Shown here: positions 10,943-23,325 of the stretch, piece after piece
Layout: each line of letters opens with the position of its first letter
Position numbering within the stretch: the first letter of the stretch is position 1
NCBI GenBank assembly: GCA_002269645.1
Contig: NIVC01000658.1
Location: 186,001-250,000, forward strand
Length of the DNA stretch: 64,000 bases
Direction: 5' to 3'
Origin: Macrostomum lignano
Lineage: Eukaryota
Notes under the pieces: model-generated
The model's database searches: none
Told to the model about the DNA's origin: nothing
The model's input: only the letters and a program-made list of their open reading frames with translations
Made by a program: the position numbers and the translations under genes

Positions 10943-13189
10943 ATGCTCGGACGGTACAGCTTTGATTTTGAAGACTCGGACGAAGGCACGTTCGCGTCAG
11001 TGTCACGCAAGCCGCCAGCCTCCTCGTACGGAGCTCCTTCACTGCCGCTGCCGCCGCCGCCGCCTCCGCCGCCTTTGCAGTCAGTCGGTGGCGGAGGAGT
11101 TCCGCCGACCGGTTCCCTGCTGATGCCGGCAGCTCACCAGCAGCAGCAGCTGCATCAAAACCACCAAGTTCATAGAAGCAGCAATCACTACCACCGCTAT
11201 CAGCCCAGAGCCGGCGCGACAGCTTCCGCCGCCGCGGCCGCTACAAAGCGCGTCACGGCCACCTACCACCGTCTGGTGCTGACGCCGTTCGCGTTGAAAT
11301 TCCTGCACCGATCGCCGCCAGTGAAGTCCCTGTGGCTCATCGCATTTGTTGTCTGCACGGCGGTCAGCGGATTTCACTTGTGGCGGCTGGCCGCTCTGTT
11401 CAACAGCGGCTACACGGTGCTGGCGCAGGGCCGCGAGACGCCGTTCGTGTTCCCTGACGTGACCGTCTGCCCGCCCAGCCCATTTTATCGCCGAGATGTC
11501 GGCAAGCCCGACAACTTGAACGGCAGCAATCGCAGTTTGGGGGTCGACATCGCCCTGACCACAGCCCGGGCCTTCTGGAGCTACGTGCTGTACAATAACC
11601 TGTCCTACCAGCACCTGCCCCAGGCCCAGCGAGAGTACACCTCAAAACTGGCTCTGCCAAGCGTGTTTCGTTATTATCTTAACTCGAGTGCCGTGCTCAC
11701 GCCGCTAGACCTAGTCGCTTACTGCCGCTACCAAGGCCAACTCTGCTCAATGAGCAATTTCTCAATATTCTTTCATCCATCCTACGGCTCCTGTCTGACC
11801 TACCACCCGCCCAGGCGGACAGTGTATTCCTCCTACCTGGACCACGACACGCCTGGCCTTGTGCTGCAGTTGTACACCCTGACTCCTCGGGACTGGCTGC
11901 TCACGGCCGATCCCCAGACCAGCATGACTCACCGGCACAGCTTCACAGCGACGCTGCACCCGCCCATGACCTGGCCGACCTTCAACCAAGTCGCTCACGT
12001 GGCCAGCGGCCGCGTCACCTCCATGCGAATCCGGATGCGCCGCGTCTGGCGAGCCAGTCTGGAAGACGACGCCTCCGTGCAGCTGTCGCTCAACCGGATG
12101 CTCACCTCGGTTGAGTACTGCTTCGGCGGGCAGCGTCGCTGGTGCCGCTCCTTTGCCAGCCAGCTGTCCGACCGTATGCTGGCCCAGCGACAAGCCGACC
12201 TGATGGCCGAATGCGACTGCGTCAGCGACGTTTTGCCGCTGACGGTGGCCGAGGGAGCCAACGCTGCGCCCGCCTGCATCGGGATTCGCGACCCAGCCCT
12301 GCTGCTGTTCGACCCCGACCGAGTGCACTACATGGGCCGCTACCTGTACATTAGCGACAGCGACCAGCGCAGCAGGTGGATCGAGGATACGTACAACTAC
12401 GCCGGGTTCAAACGGTCTGTTGACTGCTTCCTGAAGCGGTTTCCCAAGCTGATATCGGCGCAGGAGACTAAGGCTGGTAGCGTGCAGCCAGACCCAGTGT
12501 CGACCAGGTACTCCGCTCAGGTGGACTCTGGGCCCTGGTTTCGCTCCACGGACACCATGCAGGCGGCCTACATCGCGCAGAATGTGCGCCAATTCGAACG
12601 CGAAGTCCTCGAACCAGAGGCTCGTCGACGGAACGCCAGCCTGCACGTTCAGGCCTACCTGCGACGGCTTAAGGATACGGAGTTCACCATCTACGCCTAC
12701 CAGGTGCTGCAGGAGTCCACCGGCATGCTGGAGATTCGACCGTCGGCCCTGACCGAACGCCAGTTGATGGAGGTCTGGCTCTACCCGCTCAGCGCCTTCC
12801 TGGCCGACTGCGGCGGCGCACTCGGTCTGCTTCTGGGAGCATCTCTGGTGACGCTGCTGGAGACGCTTGACGCTCTGCTGCTGTTTCTGGCTGACAGCCG
12901 AGCGAGGCGTCGCTGCTTGAACACTGTGCTGGCGGCTGCGGCCGCCTCTTCACCGACATCGTCTTCGTTGTCGCCGACAACATGCTGTGGCGTCAGCGGC
13001 GGGGCCGGCAGCTCCGGAGTTGCGGTCGACGCTGCCCCCGCGGCCGCCGCCACCACCGCCGCCGTTGCTGCCGCCGCCGCTGCCGCCAACCAATCGGCAA
13101 CGTCAGTGGAGAGCAGGCGACGGCTGCAGCCGCAGCGCGGCACCTGCCGGCACACTGCATGTCGGCACTGCGACGCTCGGTTGACCTGA
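10943..13189 (+). CDS. Intronless DEG/ENaC (amiloride-sensitive sodium channel) family subunit, 748 aa
   Basis: TM1 SLWLIAFVVCTAVSGFHLW; post-TM1 FPDVTVC; YCRYQGQLC...FHPSYGSCLTY (family YGxCYTF motif); Cys-containing thumb region; TM2 LSAFLADCGGALGLLLGASLVTLLE with the GAS selectivity filter. A single uninterrupted GC-rich ORF. Confidence 0.93.
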   Translation: MLGRYSFDFEDSDEGTFASVSRKPPASSYGAPSLPLPPPPPPPPLQSVGGGGVPPTGSLLMPAAHQQQQLHQNHQVHRSSNHYHRYQPRAGATASAAAAATKRVTATYHRLVLTPFALKFLHRSPPVKSLWLIAFVVCTAVSGFHLWRLAALFNSGYTVLAQGRETPFVFPDVTVCPPSPFYRRDVGKPDNLNGSNRSLGVDIALTTARAFWSYVLYNNLSYQHLPQAQREYTSKLALPSVFRYYLNSSAVLTPLDLVAYCRYQGQLCSMSNFSIFFHPSYGSCLTYHPPRRTVYSSYLDHDTPGLVLQLYTLTPRDWLLTADPQTSMTHRHSFTATLHPPMTWPTFNQVAHVASGRVTSMRIRMRRVWRASLEDDASVQLSLNRMLTSVEYCFGGQRRWCRSFASQLSDRMLAQRQADLMAECDCVSDVLPLTVAEGANAAPACIGIRDPALLLFDPDRVHYMGRYLYISDSDQRSRWIEDTYNYAGFKRSVDCFLKRFPKLISAQETKAGSVQPDPVSTRYSAQVDSGPWFRSTDTMQAAYIAQNVRQFEREVLEPEARRRNASLHVQAYLRRLKDTEFTIYAYQVLQESTGMLEIRPSALTERQLMEVWLYPLSAFLADCGGALGLLLGASLVTLLETLDALLLFLADSRARRRCLNTVLAAAAASSPTSSSLSPTTCCGVSGGAGSSGVAVDAAPAAAATTAAVAAAAAAANQSATSVESRRRLQPQRGTCRHTACRHCDARLT

Positions 13190-13621
13190 GCTGATCAACA
13201 CCATCCTACCCGTAACAAGAGAACCCTGAGTCATTCATTCCTAGGATTAGTTTTGGTAGACACTATAGCGTAGAAACTTCACCCTCTCGCCATCCCGCAA
13301 AGTGAGCAAGGCCAAAGCTCGGATCCAGTCTGTGTTCTGCAATATGTTTGTGACTGTTACTATTTTCAAACCATTCGCATTTTCTCTGCTCTCATTCAAT
13401 AAATCTTAATACGACCAGTTTGAAGAGATAGACACAAAGATGGATGTACTCGATTCTGCCTTGTGTTTCATTGAAAAACGTCAGCTTCTCCATTCTCGAA
13501 TAATCAATTTCAATTTTTTCACGAAATCCAGAAATTGGCTGCCAGAGAACCTGTACTCAGATTTTTCTTACGGTCTGAATAGATATTGGGTGCATCTGAA
13601 GGCTGCGTACGGCTATTACTG

Positions 13622-13661
13622 GGGAGTCACCACACACCTTGAATTACCCCAGCTAATGCTG
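13622..13661 (-). mobile_element. Inverted fragment of the 3' body of the same SINE family
   Basis: GGGAGTCACCACACACCTTGAATTACCCCAGCTAATGCTG aligns by eye with the body of the minus-strand SINE at ~60385-60435. Confidence 0.55.
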
Positions 13662-13682
13662 AAAATAGCCTATAGTGGCCAA

Positions 13683-13825
13683 GGGTTGTAGCCTAGTGGT
13701 TAGAGTGTCGGACTCACGAGTGAAAGGTCGGGGTTCGATTCTCGACTCACTCGGAACGATTTGTGTCCTTGAGCAAGACACTTGAAACTCTGCATTGCTT
13801 TCAGTCACCCAGTAGTAAAATGGGC
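13683..13825 (+). mobile_element. tRNA-derived CORE-type SINE, 5' part
   Basis: A box TAGCCTAGTGG and B box GGTTCGATTCT, then a MIR/CORE-like TGTGTCCTTGAGCAAGACACTT...GTAAAATGGG. Homologous to the copy at 60317-60581. Confidence 0.85.
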
Positions 13826-14662
13826 GGATGATGGAATATTTACGTACCTTAGCGTCTCTTCCCACTCTGCGTCTGTCATAGAATCTTTGCTGCTTGCCGA
13901 TACGTATAGTAGTAAATTTAAATCGAGCAAACTTTCACTCCATTTTTCCTTCCTCACCAAACCATCATTTCCTTTGTCATTTTTACAGCTAAAGATTTAG
14001 CTGCCTTTGCACGGCAAACAATCGCATGGGCGCGTGTTCCTCTCTTGCCTGCTCTTCACCTTGGCAGGGAGAAGTTGGAACTGGCCGCGCAGCATTGTTA
14101 CAGGAAGTTTGGTTGCCCGAGGCGACTGCAACTGAGACGAAACGACGCTATGGCTGGGAAGACTGGAAAAGGTGACGCTGCTTCTGCTCCAGCAGTCCTC
14201 AGCTTGAGAGAAAAGGCAGAAAAAAGGATTTCTAGGGCCTTGGGATTCTTTTGAACCCTGCTCGTGGGAAGTCTTCCTCGGGAGGGAGCGGGGAGAGTGG
14301 ATGAGGGGAGAGGGGTTGTTCTCGCAGTGACTCCTCTTGCAGCTGGAAACTTTCAACCCGAATCGGCGGCACCTGCGTCTCCCATTTCTTACTTTCTCTT
14401 CCCCACTGCCTCAGACTGACTTCTCCCAATTTATCGGGAGAGCTCGGGCGTCAAGCCAGTCGATCGCATTGAGGGGCTGCTGCTGCTGCTGCTGCTGGCT
14501 GCAGGAGAGACAGATCAGACAATGCAAGTGAGCTCGTGCGGTACTCGCGGTTGTGAAATAAGTTCCTTTCTATTTGTTTGCAATGCTCTGGCTGCTTTTG
14601 AAAGCTGCAGGATTTCAGTTTTTTTAACGGCTGGAAATTGGGGAACTTTTACCCTGCTGTAC

Positions 14663-14905
14663 ACTGAGAATTGAGCACTGAGCACTGAACATTGAGCACT
14701 GAGCACTGAACATTGAGCACTGAGCACTGAACATTGAGCACTGAGCACTGAACATTGAGCACTGAGCACTGAACATTGAGCACTAAGCATTGAGCATTGA
14801 GCACTGAGCACTGAACATTGAGCACTGAGCACTGAACATTGAGCACTAAGCATTGAGCATTGAGCACTGAGCACTGAGCACTGAGAACTGAGTACTGAGT
14901 ACTGG
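14663..14905. repeat. 21-bp minisatellite built from 7-bp TGAGCAC/TGAACAT subunits
   Basis: Direct read. Confidence 0.95.
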
Positions 14906-15594
14906 GTACCGAGTATTGAGCACGGAGCACAGCGAAGGGACAACCTAACTGAGCTGAATTTACAACTGTATATCGTGTAACGCCACGAAAACTAAAAAAT
15001 TCCAGTCCAGACGTTATCAACAGAGGTCCCTGCTTGCATTGCTTCGTGTGTGTCTTCAAATAATTTCATAGTGCAAAGCCTAGAGAGGCTAAAATAACAA
15101 GATATTCAATTGATCATAAAGTGTATATGACCTGAGGACAGCAGAGCAAACTCAGCAAATCCTTATCCTGTATCTATGTACCCCATCTGAGCTCAACCAG
15201 CCCCCAGAGTCCCGGCCCTTCCTTCACTCAAGCCCTATAGCTAAGTACATGCTACATGCTACTTCTTCTGGTCTGAAACTGAAGAGGCATGCTGAAGAGG
15301 CAAGAAGGCTCCACTTGACTAATGCCGCAGAATATGCAACATATGGATTGTCACTAACTTTCTAGAGATATTGTTTTCTTGGCAGGGCGGTTCCAGTCCA
15401 AAATGGTCTGTGGCAAAATCTTTATTTGATCTTAAATAAGTAATATAAAGAATCATTATTCAAAACACGAACATCAAAAATTGAAAACCAATAAATAATA
15501 ATATTGTTTGAACAATCAATAATAAAAATTATTAATTGACAAACAATAAACAAAAAATTACTATAAATAATAAACTATCCATAATCAAATAAAT

Positions 15595-15800
15595 CTATTA
15601 ACAAAAAATCAATAACCAATAGTCAATAATCAATAATCAATAATCAACAATCAACAATCAAAAATCAAAAATCAAAAATCAATAATCAATAATCAATAAT
15701 CAATAACCAATAGTCAACAATCAAAAGCAGAAATCCAAAATAAAAAAATCAATAATAAAAGGCTAAAATAAAAAATCATTTGCGAAAATCAATAACCAAT
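15595..15800. repeat. AT-rich degenerate 7-bp repeat (AATCAAT/AATCAAA)
   Basis: Direct read. Confidence 0.8.
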
Positions 15801-16663
15801 AATTAATCATAAAAAATAAATCATCAATAAATTTTTATCAATGATCGTATACTTGATCATATAAACGGAATTCTTAGAAAAATTAAAGAAAGCTAGCGAA
15901 TCAAACGCATGCATTACACGCTGCTGAAAATTATGCCATAGTAAAAGTTAAAAAATTCAAATGTCTATAAAGCTGAAGTCTGGTGTCCTCTTTTTAAATT
16001 ACTATCCAGTGAAGTTCTTCTTGTAGCAGTGGACAAATATTTTCAGAGGTCTAGACGGGATCTTGAGACAAATCCGTAGTCGCGACGAGATCGAGGCAAG
16101 ATCGAGTTGCCTCAGCACATTGGTTGCGGGACGCGGTGCCGCCGAACGTATTCCGCCACGGTGCCCACAGCCATCCTGAGAACATTATCGTAGCCAATAG
16201 CCCACCGATCCATTTCTCGCGCTATACTCGCTTAACCATCTTTCTCCACCAAAGAAACACTCGGGCTGGTCGGTTGCTAACTCTATTCGTCACTCGAAAT
16301 CCTACGCGAGAAGCCTCTGTCTGACTCCTACCCCATCCAGCCGCTGATTAATTATGGAGGGCCTTCGGTGCAGTCCACTGCGCATTATTGAACCCTTAAT
16401 CATGCGCAAGGGCGCTGCGGCTCCGAAGCTTCGAGTCGCCGGGTTCGGCGACTGTCTAGAAATCTGGAAATGCAGTGTTTTCTTTTCTCGACTGTTCCTG
16501 ACTGGGAGTACTTGTGTATCCACAGCAGTTGGGGCCTTCGGAGCTGGTTGCTGGGGCTGTTTGGCTGGCTGTGTGGGATTTTCTGTCTGTCTGTGTTTGC
16601 TGAGCCTCCTGCATCCTGATTGACTGGCGCGTGAAGGCTCTTTAATAAGACTAGACTGGACTG

Positions 16664-16983
<320 letters not shown>

Positions 16984-19231
16984 AAACTGATGGTTTTAGA
17001 AAGGAAATGGTAAGAAAATGAAATCCATATGAATCGAAATTGACACAGAAACCAAGAATCAGAAAGCCACGGTGAGCCACGACTCCCTGGAACCAGAGAA
17101 ATCATGCCAAGATGCTCAGAAGTCCTAAGGTTTGGTAAAAAAATGTGAAAACACTGATCTCTAATTCGGCTGCAATTCGAATAGGCTGAAAGAGCCCCTT
17201 TCACCAATCTTTGCCTTTTTACATTCTGTTTTGATTTTTCACTCAATAATTTTGTCGAGGTCAAGAGGTTGCCTTCTCCAGCAACCAAAAGCAGTCAGGA
17301 AGGAAGTCACTATCCATAATTATTAAGCTCTGCGATCAACTTAATTGCAGTTCTATTGCTTTCCCATTCTCGGAATGGGACAGCGCTTACTCAAGAAAAA
17401 AGTTCTATCTCCTGTTTGTTTAATTTCATGTTTTTTGTTTAATTTCACTGGTTTTGCTACAAATCGATGCATTGAATAGGATTGAAAAGCACATAGCAAA
17501 TTTCATAGATTGTCAATAACTTTGATTTTAAAATTAGCAAGGAAAGCCATGCCAAGACTGACTGCTTTGGCAAGCTGCAAAGAAAGCCGCTAAAGACATT
17601 CATCGTGGATTTTGCTGCTGGGTGGACAGGGCATTGCAGGCAACCAACCCGGAAGTGTCAGCTTCCTAGCTTTTGTTTAAGCCACAACCGGTCTCCCAGC
17701 TATAGATACTGGAACGACACGGAGCTTTCACAGCTGCACCCTAACGACAGACGCTGTCGCCAAATCCCTTGAGATGGGATCGGAGCGCTGGCTAGGGTGC
17801 CCCCAGATCCGCATTTACAAATCCCAAATCCAATCGACCGTTGCCCCTAGTGCTCTTTCCGTTCAATTTGCGTAGCTTTGGCAAGTTTTCTCAGTAGCCA
17901 AGTCGATTGAACTGAGGCCGGAGCTGCCTCGCCGAGGCCTGAACTGTCGCTCATTCCGAACAATTAGTGCGGCTAAAAAGATAAGAACTGAAAACAACTT
18001 TTGACAACGTCGGCGTGGCGCTTTCACTCTTTCTGTCTTGATTAAAGCTCGCTCGCCCGGGCCTTGGGGACCGCGGGAGAGGGAGGAGAGCTCGCTATCT
18101 GGACCAGTTTTTCCTCCTCTAACTTCTGCTTTTTGTCTTCCCGACTATTCTGATCAAGTTTTTCGGATTAATTTCTTTGAAAAGAAGCTTCAAGACCAAA
18201 AAAATTCTTGATATAGTTACACCGAAGGCAGGTCCTCTTCACGGCCTTCCGCATAGAAAGATAGGCGGAGGCAGAACGTGTCGAGTAGGCCTGTGAACTA
18301 CCATGATACTTCAATTGAGAGTTTTCCACGCGCCGCTATAAATGGCGTGCGCCGGAGTTGGGCGAGATGGAGCGAGTCGTGGGAGTTTAGAGTGGAATAG
18401 GATTTAAGCCGTTCTTTCCGTTTTAGGCTTCGCTTTCTAGGCCAGATCGGTAATGAGCAGAGAGAGTGGGGTGGAGGAGTAGAAGAGTTCCGATAGAGCT
18501 CTTCGAGTTCGAGTTGATGAAGTGGACACTCGAAGTGCTGTTCCAGATTCTGCTTTATTCTACTAGTGGAAAAAACAAAGAATGAGACATAGTCGCGCCG
18601 ATATGTTGTGCAACTGACAATTATAGCAAAGTGCACAGGCCTAACCATCATGATCTGCTAAATGAGATTCAGATTTAGCAAGAATATACTGTACACCAGG
18701 GACTGAAAAAATATAAAAAGAAAGTTAGCCAGCGAGCGAGCTGAAATTAGTCATCTCTTACCATTGAGGAGTTTTTCTATCGACCGCGAGTCAGACAAGT
18801 CCAACACAGTCCAGGCAAGCAACTTCCTGCCAGCTCCCCCTGCCTATTCTGCCGTCTCCCTAATCACCCCATCAGAGCCGAATTTGCTTGTTCCAAAGCA
18901 GGTCCTTGGCAACTCTAGGTCCCTATGGGCCACTGAATCCGCTGCTTCTCTCTCACACACCGTGACCGTAATGAGGGTCTCCAACTGAATCAAATTCCAT
19001 TCATTGCCCGTCTCTTTCTCATGTTCTGTTCTTAACAAATCTCATTCGTCATCACTGGCAGCTTGAGTATACAGATTCTTTTGTCAAATTGTTTCTCAAT
19101 CGAAGTTCTTTTGCTTTGAACTGTCGAGCTGTTACTTTGTAGCTCGCCTTGCTGTGAAATAAAGAATTGAAAAACTCTCGTAGTTACTTCAGTGCTTGAA
19201 AGCTTTGTGTTCAGTTTGTAGTCGAAAGCCA

Positions 19232-20160
19232 CACAGTGCACACAGCTCAGTGGGTCTTGTTCAAGGCACAACACTGTACAGTCCACAGAGCTCAGAGGGT
19301 CTTGTTCAAGGCACAACACTGTACAGTCCACAGAGCTCAGTGGGTCTTGTTCAAGGCACAACACTGTACAGTCCACAGAGCTCAGAGGGTCTTGTTCAAG
19401 GCACAACACTGTACAGTCCACAGAGCTCAGTGGGTCTTGTTCAAGGCACAACACTGTACAGTCCACAGAGCTCAGTGGGTCTTGTTCAAGGCACAACACT
19501 GTACAGTCCACAGAGCTCAGTGGGTCTTGTTCAAGGCACAACACTGTACAGTCCACAGAGCTCAGTGGGTCTTGTTCAAGAGACAACACTGTACAGTCCA
19601 CAGAGCTCAGAGGGTCTTGTTCAAGGCACAACACTGTACAGTCCACAGAGCTCAGAGGGTCTTGTTCAAGGCACAACACTGTACAGTCCACAGAGCTCAG
19701 TGGGTCTTGTTCAAGAGACAACACTGTACAGTCCACAGAGCTCAGTGGGTCTTGTTCAAGGCACAACACTGTACAGTCCACAGAGCTCAGTGGGTCTTGT
19801 TCAAGGCACAACACTGTACAGTCCACAGAGCTCAGTGGGTCTTGTTCAAGAGACAACACTGTACAGTCCACAGAGCTCAGTGGGTCTTGTTCAAGGCACA
19901 ACACTGTACAGTCCACAGAGCTCAGTGGGTCTTGTTCAAGGCACAACACTGTACAGTCCACAGAGCTCAGTGGGTCTTGTTCAAGGCACAACACTGTACA
20001 GTCCACAGAGCTCAGTGGGTCTTGTTCAAGAGACAACACTGTACATTCCACAGGGCTCAGTGGGTCTGCTTTAAGAGACACGAGACAACACTGTACAGTC
20101 CACAGGGCTCAGTGGGTCTGCTTTAAGAGACACGAGACAACACTGTACAGTCCACAGGGC
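19232..20160. repeat. 45-bp minisatellite (CAGTCCACAGAGCTCAGTGGGTCTTGTTCAAGGCACAACACTGTA), about 20 copies
   Basis: 45-bp period, seen as 15-aa repeats in ORFs 19032..20081, 19196..20074 and 19236..20126. Confidence 0.97.
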
Positions 20161-20696
20161 CCTTGTGAATTTTCTTCAAGAGACAGCAAACAATTCCGTT
20201 TCTGGAACATGGACTTTATCTGATAGCAGACAGCCAATTTAAACCATAGACAGAGTGGAAGATTTCATTTTTATTTTTATTTGCTGTCAAAAGATTTTTT
20301 AAAATCATCAATTCTACAAGTTAAGCTACAAATCACCTTAACTGCCAAAAATGACATCTTTACTAGACTGAAAAAACACAACTATAGGACTCAATTGCGA
20401 CTCCAACTGCAGCCAAGCCAAATGCGTCCTTTGCTTCCGGCTACGAGCACTAGGTAAGCCCGCCTTTGTACACAGTGTTCCAAGTGCTTTCACTGTCTCA
20501 TAGAGGGTGTTTGTTGATTCCACTGTCTCATAGAAGGCGATTGCTGCACCCAATGTGTCGCATGAAGGTTTTCGCTACCACCGGTGTCTCTTTAACTTTA
20601 AGAGCCCGTCTTAAGACTACCTCAACCGCCCGTTGAAACTGCAGGCATCAGGCTTCTGGTTACTGTCCTAATCGTGGGTCAGCTGTCGCATCTGGT

Positions 20697-21494
20697 TTGA
20701 AAATTCGACAATCGCAGAACAACTCAAAGCATGATTGCCTAGTCTCACTGTCCATCGACTGTCGACGCGACAATCACAGTCAGCCTCAGCCAGCCGACTT
20801 TGAGACAATGCAAACCACTCCGAGACAGCCTCAGAAAGACTACATTCAGCAGCCACCGACGCCTCGACAGCGTTCCACCCCACTGTCAGTTGGCGCAGGC
20901 AAGTTCAATCATCAAAGTGGCAGGCTGACGCACACTTGGACCATCTCGCCTCAGTCTTTGGCTTCATCGACAGACGACGATTCGGACGAGTTCAGCGCCC
21001 AGATTCCAGCTTCGATAGGTCGGGTTGCCGCCGCAGTTCGCTATTTCAACACCTTCACCACCCGCGGGTCATCACCGGTTGGCTCGACGCGCACAAGCAG
21101 CAGCTTCAGGACGTCGCTAGCTCAATCGCGGCCTGTCGCCGAGAACATCAACGCGACACCGCCATCCATGCCGATCGAACCTCCATCGATCTCGCCGCCT
21201 CCTAGGTCGCCGCCATCACCGCGACCAACATTTCGTGAGTTGGTGGCCAAATTCGAATCGATCAGTCGAGCTGAGAACGCGACAATGAAGTCTGACAACA
21301 GCCCCAGCAGTCTGGACAATGCTACAGTCCCAACCACTTGTCCACCGCAGATTCCGTCTAGCGTGCCTGAGGAGCAGCAGACCGCCGAGCCGTTGTTTAC
21401 TCAAATAGTCGTCTCTACACTGCTCTGCGTCTGTCTTTTACTGGCAATTGCTGTCAATTTTTGCTTCGGAGCCATGGACTTTTGGCATCAATGA
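20697..21494 (+). CDS. Putative Ser/Pro/Thr-rich protein with a C-terminal transmembrane helix (tail-anchored); start codon uncertain
   Basis: A 265-codon non-repetitive GC-rich ORF in AT-rich surroundings. Hydrophobic segment LFTQIVVSTLLCVCLLLAIAVNFCFGAM lies just before the stop. No family recognised. Confidence 0.5.
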   Translation: MKIRQSQNNSKHDCLVSLSIDCRRDNHSQPQPADFETMQTTPRQPQKDYIQQPPTPRQRSTPLSVGAGKFNHQSGRLTHTWTISPQSLASSTDDDSDEFSAQIPASIGRVAAAVRYFNTFTTRGSSPVGSTRTSSSFRTSLAQSRPVAENINATPPSMPIEPPSISPPPRSPPSPRPTFRELVAKFESISRAENATMKSDNSPSSLDNATVPTTCPPQIPSSVPEEQQTAEPLFTQIVVSTLLCVCLLLAIAVNFCFGAMDFWHQ

Positions 21495-23046
21495 TCAGTC
21501 AATGATCCGGGCTATTTGAGAATTCGATTGAAAGAAATTTATGAAAATTCAAATGGACAAATTAACTCCTATTCTGACAAGCAAATTATCACCTATCCGC
21601 ATAATGTACTGTAAAATAAGTACAAAAAAATTGATTTTACCACTTTTATGTATAGTACCATAATAATTTTTCCGACGAATAGATTGATCAACTTTCGAGC
21701 TTCCAATGCAATCAGATTCCAAGCTGGTGCCTAGTCTGGCGTGACATTAGAGCGCGGAATTTAGAGCCAGCGCGTTGGCCCGGCTCCCTCTCTTGCAGTG
21801 GCTGCATGTCTCTGCTAGTGCATTGAAGAACTCCCAACTATACTTTCATGCATAGCTGCGCGCATGCAAGCTCGATCGTCCTCGAACTTCCCTGCCTGAA
21901 CGGACGTCACGCATGGCGGCTATTCTATCTGCAATCGAGCAGACTGCTCGAGTCTCGATTTGAAATTCTTTTGGCCAAATACAGTGCATTAACCGATCGG
22001 GAATATTGTTATTTTTTCCATACGAATCTTATGCAGTCAACATGTACTGAGCACAGTTTCCTTGCAACACGCGTGGATCACCAGCTACATCTCGATTGTC
22101 AATCAAACACATAAGGAACGGGTTGGTGCATGGGCCATGCAGTAAAGGCAAAATTGCGTAAGGAGTGATTCTCGAATTACTCAATTGTAAATTGCGAGAA
22201 ACAAGAGTTCAGTTTCATAACCTGAACTAACCTACATAATAACTTATTCAATGGCTTGCTCTTCTGGCCAAAAGTCTGACTTTAAAGCCTCAATTATTTT
22301 TTAATTAACCAGCAAAAAGGGTGCCGGCATGCTGGCTAACATGTCGGCGATGCGGCCTACTATAGCCCAAGGACGACTTAAGTAGAAGGACGGGAAACCT
22401 CGTTTCTTAGAAAAGTTTTGAAGGCACTTTTTCCCGAAAAAAAATACACTACGGAGATAGGAAGTTTTCATTTTTTCAGCACAAAAATTGTTATTGCGTT
22501 TGATAGGAGGCAGATCCAGTGTTCATCTTTTGATATGTTTTTTTACCCTTTTTATTGCTCTATCGATATTTATAAAGCTTTTCGTTCAGAAAATTAGGAT
22601 TCTACGAGTATGTTAATTTTTTAATCTACGTATATTTTCGCGTGTCTTGTGCTTGAAATTACATTAGAATGCCACAGCTCGGCTCTTTGGTTTCATGAGT
22701 CTATTTTATCATTCTTACCCGACTGTGTAGCAAATATTTGTAACAGAGATGATAAAACAGGTTCATAAAACCAAATATTGGAGCTGTGTCATGCACTTTT
22801 GTAATTTTTAGATACAGGAAATGTACGTAGAATAAAAAATTAACATAGAATCCTAGTTTTCTGAACGAAAAGCTTTGTAATATCGATAGAGCAATAAAAA
22901 GGGCACAACATATCAAAAGATGAACACTGGATCTGCCTCCTATCAAACGCAATAACATTTTTTGTGCTGAAAAAATGAAAACTTCCTATCTCCGTAGTGT
23001 ATTTTTTTCGGGAAAAGTGCCTTCAAAACTTTTCTAAGAAACGAGG

Positions 23047-23325
23047 TGTCGTGTAGCTACCAGTATGTGCATGCACTCAGTACGAGTATTGATTTGTATT
23101 TGTACTTTCCTATTATTTCTTTCTCTATTATTATCTATGCAAGCTTGGCACGTTAGGTTTGAGTTTTTGCTATTTGAGTTATGGGCAAATTGTGTACGCT
23201 TAAATTATGTCATCACTCTCGCGCACGTAGCATCGCTTTACAATATAAATACAGACATCAGAGCTTTGATAGCTCTCTCGTAGTCTTCAACCACTTTAAA
23301 CAAGCAGCATAGCTGATTTACCACA
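23047..23325 (+). repeat. 5' LTR (279 bp)
   Basis: TGTCGTGTAGCT...TTTACCACA, duplicated at 27323-27588. Confidence 0.96.

Noticed and set aside
11081-13184. Multiple antisense and alternate-frame ORFs over the channel gene
   Set aside because: Shadows of a GC-rich coding region.
13683-13755. tRNA gene
   Set aside because: A and B boxes are present, but there is no closing acceptor stem and it is followed by a SINE core; same for 60510-60581.
17649-17657. ETS motif CCGGAAGTG as a promoter
   Set aside because: Isolated motif with no supported gene start nearby.
19032-20126. Three ~300-aa repeat ORFs
   Set aside because: Translations of the 45-bp minisatellite.
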